From: an uncultured virus (IMG/VR IMGVR_UViG_3300029787_003156)
Lineage: Duplodnaviria > Heunggongvirae > Uroviricota > Caudoviricetes
DNA: 20,000 nt
Reading direction: 5' to 3' (one strand)
Virus record (IMG/VR): IMGVR_UViG_3300029787_003156
Position numbers and translations under genes: made by a program. Positions 1 through 9,000 of this stretch are shown piece by piece. The notes under the pieces were generated by a model. The model made no database searches. It saw only the letters and a program-made list of their open reading frames with translations, and was not told the DNA's origin. How positions within the stretch are numbered: position 1 is the first letter of the stretch; each line of letters begins with the position of its first letter.

Positions 1-3000
1 ATAAATCCAGTAGCACTGTTACTTACCAATTCACCAACTGTAAATGCAGTTCCTTCTACAAAGAAACCGAAAATTGAATTACCAACAACAGCTGTAACAG
101 TAAATCTTGCTAAAGAAGTCTGTCCAGCCATTGTATTTCCCTTGAGTGGGAATATTCCACTGATATTAGTAAATTCAAGAGTAGATATAGTAATCTCTTG
201 AATAGTAACGTTTACATACTTAATACTTGCAGGTGGTTGTGGTGGTTGACTGAATACAATAGAATCACCTTGAATATTAAATGATGTCTCAGGAGTTTGA
301 GCAACACCATTTAAGATGATCATTAACTGATTAGCATTAGCAACTACGTTGTCACCATTAACTTTTAATTGGAACTGTGTTTTAACACCATCAAATTGAT
401 TTGATATATCATCAATACGCTGAACAACAGAAGTCAAAATGTTCTCAGAAGATGTCAATCTCTTCTGTCTGAATAATACTTCTGAGTTATTAAACTGTGA
501 GTAGACTGGTTCAACTAGAGAGAAACTCTGAATGTTAGGTACAATTGCTTCTCTTGCTAATTCAACAGCTTTGGTTATCTGGAAATCAGTTTCTTTGTTA
601 GGAATTTGACCATATTCAGCCAGATTTAATTCACCGAATACTTTGAATGATGCAGGGTGAACGTTCTTAAGTAATATCTCTTTCCACTCACCAATAGAAA
701 CAGCAGACTTAACAGCATATGAGAAGTCCTGATAATAGTAACTATCTTGAATTTTCTGAATAATTTCAGATGGTTTACCAATATCATCAATGAACTGACC
801 AGTTGTTTTAGTGATAGAACCAATTTCAAGAACACCACGAGCAATCTTAAGATCACTTATAATACCAGAAGACTTAGAAATAACACCTGTTATTCTTTCG
901 TTAGCATTAAAGTTTCCAGTGTAATCAACAATCTTAATAATTCTAGGTCCTACCTGCCAACCTTGGTTAGTAGAAACATATCCACTAGCAGTTGCAGCAT
1001 CTAAAGTATCTCCTTGATAAACAAGTTCACCTTCTAAGAATGTAGAAGTAATAACGTTAGCAGTTGCTGCACCACCGAATGATTCAGTTAATATTGTTTG
1101 ACGACCTGTTCCTGCGTTAACAAATGATAAAGAGTCACCTAATGCAGCGTTAGCAGCAGTAATAGCAATCTTTAATTGGTTTTCTTCTAGTGAGTTTGCA
1201 GTACCAGCAATAGCATAATATGTGTTAGTAGAATTCAAACGACCAACAGCACCTGCTGATAATGGGAACTCAGCACCATCACCAGTATCAGTAACTGTTA
1301 ATGTAACCTCAGAACCATTCACAATACCATGTGGGAAAGCAAATTGTAGTAATCCTAAGTCAAGGTTAACAACATAGTTGAAAGAAGATCTTAATGCAAC
1401 AGTAGGAGCAGAAGAGTAACCTGATCCTGGATCTTTAACAAGAATATCATCTAAACGACCATTCTTAATGAATGCTTCAGCAGTTGCATTTTGTCCACCA
1501 CCACCTGTGATAACAACGGTTGGTGCTTGTGAATATCCAGAACCTGGATCTGTAACTGTAATACTATCAAGTATACTTGTGGATGTTAACTGTGCGTTAA
1601 TTGGGAATGAAATCTCAGGACGTAAAGTATAGTCATGAGGATAATCATATCCAAAGTTGTTGTTCTGTAATTTCTTAATCTTACCAACTTTAGTTCCTTT
1701 GGTAAAGATAGAAGCACCAGTTCCTGCAGGAGGAATAACAACATTCAAATCAACACCAGAACCTGTTAAACCTGCTCCAAGAATACCCGATATAGATTCA
1801 ACATCAATACTTGCAGTAGTATATCCTTTACCTGGTGATGTAACAACAACAGACTGTATTTGACCAGGAATCGTTACTCCATCATCATCAGTTCCGTCTG
1901 CTACAGTAATAGAAACAAATCCACCTTCTCCATCACCTGCAATAGGAACACTATTGTAAACACCTACAGCATATTCAGTACCTGGTGCATCAATTTGAAT
2001 TCTTTCTATTTGTCTAGATGACTGAATAGATGTAACAACTGGAAGTCTAGTATAGAAACCTCCTCCATTAACAATACGAATATCACTTATAGAACCAACT
2101 GCTTTCAATGAACTAGTGCTATAAGATGTATTGATAACATCAGCATTACCCTCTGGTTCGTTAGCAAGAACAAATTTAAAGGTATCTGCACCACGAGTAA
2201 TAGTTGCACCAGATGTAGAAGTAATTGCGAAATTACCTACGTAAGGTGAATTAACAACATCTAAGTAACTAGATGCAATAACTGGAGAATCAGCACCTGT
2301 TCTAGATGGGTCAAAGTAGTAAGAAATATTAGTAACAATGTCAGTATCAACTTTTAACTTAACAGTAGGGTTAGGAACACCTTGACCAGTAATACCAGGT
2401 GTACCTACTCTTTCAATAGAGTTGAATGAATATTCCAGTTTATAAAGATTATCTTTAGAGAATGATAAGTTACCACCCGCCATAGAAGAATGACCAACAT
2501 CAAAGAGATATTGATGTCCATAATACATTTTAAGAACAGGTGACTTAACGTAGATATTAACACTTCCAGAACTTGTAGCTGGTGAAGTTATTGCAGCAGA
2601 AGGTAATTTATATGTAAATTCAACAGGACTTACAATAGTGTGAACTGGGAAAGCACCATCATATTCATCATAAACGACACTATCAACAGTTTGTGATGGG
2701 TTACCATCAATACTAACCATTTCACCTTGAGTAAGGTAATGACTATTTGCAGTAACAATATAAACTTCATCACTATTAGCAACAGCAGTTACTTGTATAA
2801 TTTTCTTAAGTGTTGCTACTAAAGTAATCTTAAGAACACCAGTTAAATTGATAATTGATGCAGTTGTATATGCAGCATTGAAACTAATATCACCAGAGTT
2901 AATATTAACAACAGATCCAGGAATAAAAGGTGAACCACCAGCTACTTCATCAATTCTTATAGAGTAATCATCATCAGTATAAGGTTTAAAGTTAGTTAAT

Positions 3001-6000
3001 TCATCAAGATTATTTGAACCTCCTTCTGGGTGATTAAAATTGTTTAGATCTATATCAAATGTACCAGGTGTAGTGTTGTTTAGTAGTGGGAAGGTGTATA
3101 TTAATTCATTAACATCTGCGGGTATAGGACCTACAATTCCATAAGTGCTTTGCTCATTAAACTGTTCTGTAGTTAATTCACCAGTATTAAGATCATTTGC
3201 CCAAGCATTATTATTAACAGCAAGATATATCTTATTACCTACACTATTTTGTCTAATAATGTATCCACTATTAATGAATGATCCTGATGAACTACTTAAT
3301 ACTAATTTTGAACCTGTAGTAAATACAAATTGCTGATTTAGAGTAAGTTCTTGAATATTATCAATCTTGACTGTAGGTGTAACTTTAAAGAAGTATCTGT
3401 CTTTAACAACTGCAGTAACTCTTAATTTTTTAGAACCTGGTGAAGGAACAGTAGCAGTTCTAGAACTCCAAACGTCTTGAGTATAAGATAATGAATCAGA
3501 GTCCTGAGTCATTGATGTATCAGCATCATCAAAGTCTAAGTTTTGGAATCCTGCTTCTGCTAATCCAAATCCAGTATTATTAACAGTTAATGGTAAACCT
3601 GTTTGTAATACAATAGCAGTTCTAGTAAATCCAACTTGTGTGTTAGTTTGAACAGTTTGAGTTCCAATTCTTGCAGCATCAGAGTTCTTATCAACTTTTA
3701 AACCCCAACCAACATAATCGATATAATCATATTTGTTAGTGTAAGTAGAGAACCATGATGTATCAGTCCATGTAAATCCTTCACTAAACTCACCTGCAAT
3801 AGGATAGTTAGTAACATCATTAGGAACTGTAGGAACAACTGCTCTGTTTCTAATACGAAGATTATCAACAAAGTATTGACCTTGTTCATTAGAACGGAAT
3901 TGATTTAAAGTTCCACTCTTACCAGGAATATTACCAATGTATAGATTTTGATTCTGGAATGCAGTATTATCAATAGTTCCTTGAAGAACTTGTATACCGT
4001 TGACATATGCTGTATACTGACCTGCAGATTTAGTAAGTGCAACAAATTGCCAAGTATTATCGGCAAACATTGTTGTAACTGTAGATTGTAGTGAACCTGA
4101 TGCAGAGTTGAGTGCAGTTCCATTTGCAGTAACAACTAACTGCATCTCTCCAGATGAAATATCATAATACAACCATAGACCACCAGTAGATAATGTTGCA
4201 TCACCTATTGCTATTAGGGTTTGTTGTGTTTGAGAGTGTGTATTATTGTTATTAGCAGCATCTTTAAACAACATGAACTCAATAGTCCAGTCGCCAGTCA
4301 TTTTAGTTGTTAAATCTGATCCATTAACTTGTATAACTGAATTTACCCAAGTACTAGGAGTAGTAGAGTCTTTTCCTAGTAATTTTGCAAATCCATTAGT
4401 AGTATCATATTGAAGTGAGTTACCGTCTCCTACAAAGGTTGCTGTATAGTGTCCTGTAACATCTGTAGTTGCACCACTGGTAAATGGTATTAGAAGTTCA
4501 TTTCTATTCCAAGAAGTTTGACCAAATACATGAATATCACCAGAACTATCAGGATATAAACTATGTGCAGTTACACCTTCAATATTATTAAGATCAAATT
4601 TATTATTTGTCTGATTCTTAATAATACCGTTATAACCAACTTTAACTACGTCTACAGTTAATTCTCCATTTGTATTGAGATATTTGTTGACAGCAATATT
4701 AAGATCACCAAAGATATCAATATGAGTTCTTTTAGCAACATTAATAGTGTATCCACCAGCTACTGCATAACGATAGTTCCAAAGGAAAGCACCATCTGAA
4801 TCTAATTTACCAATCCAGAAACCATCTTTTGTTGTATTGTCTGATTTAAGTCTTGTTGTAGCAGTAATGTATAATTCACTAAATTCATCGATAGTAAGAC
4901 TTGTATCCATGAATGAATACAGTGTATTAGTTAATTGCTTAGTCCAAACAAGACTAATTGCACTAGTACCTACAGTTGCTTTACCAATACCTGTATCAAC
5001 GCTTGTTGCATTAGGACTTGTAGCAATTTCTAATGTATAGTATATGTCAGTTCCATTTACAAGTAAATCTGTAACTTTTTCAGAAACATTTACAGAAGTA
5101 ATCTTTCTCTTAACAGCAAAGTTACCAAGTGTGTCTACAACAGCAATATAAGCATCAAATGGATTACCAGAGTTAGTATTAGTGAAACCACCTAAAACAA
5201 ATCTAGTATCAGAGTATTTTGCAATAGCACTAATATTGTCGGAACGAGTAGAACCAGATATACCTGCATATGCCTTTTGATACTGTAAAGTAGCACTTAA
5301 TCCATTTTCTGCCTGTGTATACTTACAAAGAACAACATCAGGGTTATATGCCTCTAAGATACTTGCATTTGGTTTATTATGACCTGCAACGTAAATATCT
5401 TGTCCATCAATTAATAATCTCTCAAATTCTACTTCTTGTTGTCCATCAGTACTCTTAATTGTCTTTTCCCAGTCTTTTACACCAGTAGCAGATAGTTTTG
5501 CTAAGAATCCAATAGTATATCCAAAAGAGTCTTTTGTTTTACCACAAATGAATATTTCTTTAGCATCATTTACAAATACGTCATTAACCTTAACATAATT
5601 CTCATTTGCAATCTTAGAAACATAATAATCTGCTTTCTTATAGATTTGAGGGTGTGATAATATAACTCTTGGGTTTGTAGTATAGTTTTGACCAGAGTTA
5701 GTAATATTAACTGTAGAAATAGATCCTACAGATGTTACAACCGCTTCTAATGCTGCAGCAGTTCCATCACCATCAAGAATGATTGTTGGAGGTAATTCAC
5801 TATTATATCCAGAACCTTGCTGATCAATAACAATTTCTTCAACACCTTTAATTTGTTTAACAACAAAAGTTTTATTAGTGTTGTTCATTATAGGTGTGTA
5901 ATCTATAACAACCTGATCATCAACAGTTAAGTTGTGAGGAGTTGAAGTCTTTAAAACACCGTAGTTAATACCACCAATACTTTCATAACTGTAAGTTGAA

Positions 6001-9000
6001 ACTGCCTCTCCTTTAATATGAGAAACACGAGCAGAAACACCAGTACCATCAGTATCTGTGTTATCAAATACTAGTCTGTCAGCAACCTGATAAGAAGCAC
6101 CAGGATTCTCTACTGTAAATCCAGTTACAGAAGCATCTTCAAACTTAGTAATTGTCTCAACTTCAATATCAACCTTAGAGTCAAACTTAACTTTAGGGAA
6201 ATAATCAAATAACTGTAGAGGTGACTCTTCAAAGATTTGATCAGGATCATCTAGTTCATCCTGACTGATAATAGCGTCTCTATTTTCGTCTTCTACCTCA
6301 AATAGGAGCAATTCACCGTCTTCGGTAGTTAGAGCGTTTGTAGAGGCATTTGGTGCCCTCTCAACGTCAATATCAACGTTCTCGTAAGGATCACGATATC
6401 TAACAACACCAGTAGGAATATTCTGTTGAGTTGCACCATCAGTTAAGTTCCAAGTATCAACAACAGAGTTGAAACTAGGACCTAAAACATAAGGGAACAT
6501 TGCATTACCTTGCTCCGTAGTGTCAATAGTAACGAAATAGCAATACCTACCTGCAGGGAACTCAGGTGTTTTACAGAAACGACCATTGTACTGGTCAAGA
6601 TCACCCAAACCAAAACTATACTCATAATCTTCTACAAAGTTACCTGCTGCCTCGTTAGTTAGTAATGGACCTGCAGTTCTAGTAGGATAAGGATTTGTAA
6701 CTACATCATATACAAGTTCTGTCTTAAGTTTGTAAGAAGTGTTCAATCTATTGATAGCAGATCCTTGATCTGTAGGATCAGCGTAACCATAAGGACCGTA
6801 GATTGGGTTTCCATCAAATGCCCAACCAACAATAGGTGAGTGATCTAATTGTTCTGCCTGTTCAACTATATTTCCTACAGTTGGTTCTTGTAAGTTATCA
6901 CCAAGAACATATCTTAGTCTTTGTGGGTTTGATAGGTGAGCATATTCACCACCATACTGATTATTAAATCCTTCAAATACTCCACCTTTAGCAGTATCTA
7001 ATATACTAGTTGCTTGTAAGTTATAAGTCCACTGGAATACGTTTGCTGTGAATAATGCATCTTGACCAACTGAAGTTAGATTAATCAGTGTAGTTCCTTG
7101 AATATATCCAATACCTCTATTAAGAATCTGAACACTTGTAACTCTTCCTGCGTTTTCACCGTCAATATCAATACCTGCTCTAGCAACAGCACCAAATCCA
7201 TCACCTTGAATGCTTATTATAGGAGCAGTTGTATAACCTGATCCTGCAGAAATGATAGCGATTGATATAATACGACCATTCTGTACAATTGCTTGAGCAA
7301 CAGCACCTGATCCAGAACTTAGTGTTACTGTTGGTTTAGAAGTATATGATGCACCACCCTGATCAACTGAAATAGATTGAATAGGACCTCTAACGTTTGC
7401 TGTTGCAGTTGCACCAGTTCCACCACCTCCAACAATAGTAATTGATGGTTGTGAGGTATATCCAGTTCCTCCAGAATTGATTAGAATACGTGAAACAACA
7501 CCTTTGGTTATAATGGCAGTAGCAGCAGCTCCAGACCCGTTACCACCGACTATAGAGACCAATGGAGAGGATGTATAACCAGTTCCTCCAGTAAGAACTT
7601 CTACTTCACTAAGAGAACCGTTAACAACAACAGAACCTGTTGCACCAGATCCTCCACCACCTGCAATAGTAATATTAGGAGGTGACGCAGCATCATAGTC
7701 TTGACCAACGTTAGTGATTGTAATACCAGTTACAGCACCAAATGTTTTGAATAGAGATGACTTATATGACCATATAGAAACACCATTAACCCAAGTTCCA
7801 ACAGGACCTGGATTAATTAAGTTCTTTGTAGAGATAGTCTGAGCAACTCTTGGAAATCTGTTTAATTTTCTTTGGTTACCAGGTAATAGTGCAGAACCAG
7901 GAAACGGACCTATGTCATAGTTTGGAATACCTGTAGAAGCAACATAAACATGATTGTCATTAAAGAATGTGTTCTGAACGTTTGTAGTGTACGAACCAAT
8001 AGCAGTTAAAATCTGTGCACTTGATGATTTACCTTTATTAAGGTCAATAGAAACAAGAATATTACCTTGAGGTATAACTCCACCTGGTTGGGGAAGTTGA
8101 TACTGGAATACTGTTGTAGAATCTCTTGATGTAACTAAGAATGTTCCATTATAGATGATTGGGTTAGCACCATAGATTGTAACCTGATCTCCAACCAGTA
8201 GACCATGAGGATTTGCACAAGTTACAGTAGCAGCTTGATCATTAATACCACCAAATGTAATTCCAGTAACTGAAATTAACTTTTTAACGTTATACAACCA
8301 AGTAATAAGTTCAGAACTAGCGTCAGTTCCACCTAATTTAGAAATTGCTAGTTTATCACCAGGTAAGTAATAAGAACCAGTGTCAGTAAGAGTAGTTTGT
8401 TGAGCATCAACGATACCAACAACATTCATGATTACTTCTTGAGCAGTTCCTTTGTTAACATAGACTTTAAAGTTGGATTTTACTTCAGTCGCAGAATCCC
8501 AGTCCTCAACTACGTTATTGACTGATCTAGTACACTCAATAAACTGGTTTAGTGATTTTTCCTTATATTGAATGAGTTCTGCAGTATCTGATGAACTACC
8601 AATCAAAAATTCACCGTTTCTTTCTGGCCAACCAATTGTAGAGTCAACAGTTATAATACCTTCTGTTTGATTAAGAGGTTCTGCTAATTTTGTCTTATAA
8701 GGGACTATAAATGTTCCATCAATGGTTTCTTCGGAAAGAATTAATTCATATATTTCAGTTTGGGATGTTTTAATCGAAATAAAGTTTTCTACAAGTGCAC
8801 TTGCTGCTCTTATGTTTTCATCAGCAATATCAGCATCTTGAGTTAAAAGACCGTCTCTAATGTTAGCAGGATCACCGCTTACTATAGTTGCACGAAGAAT
8901 TGTATCAATAGACCATGTTGCAGCAGATGGTTTAATGATTTGATCTTTAGGATATGATATATTGACTTGCTCACCATAAAGAAGTTTGAAAAGATATGCA

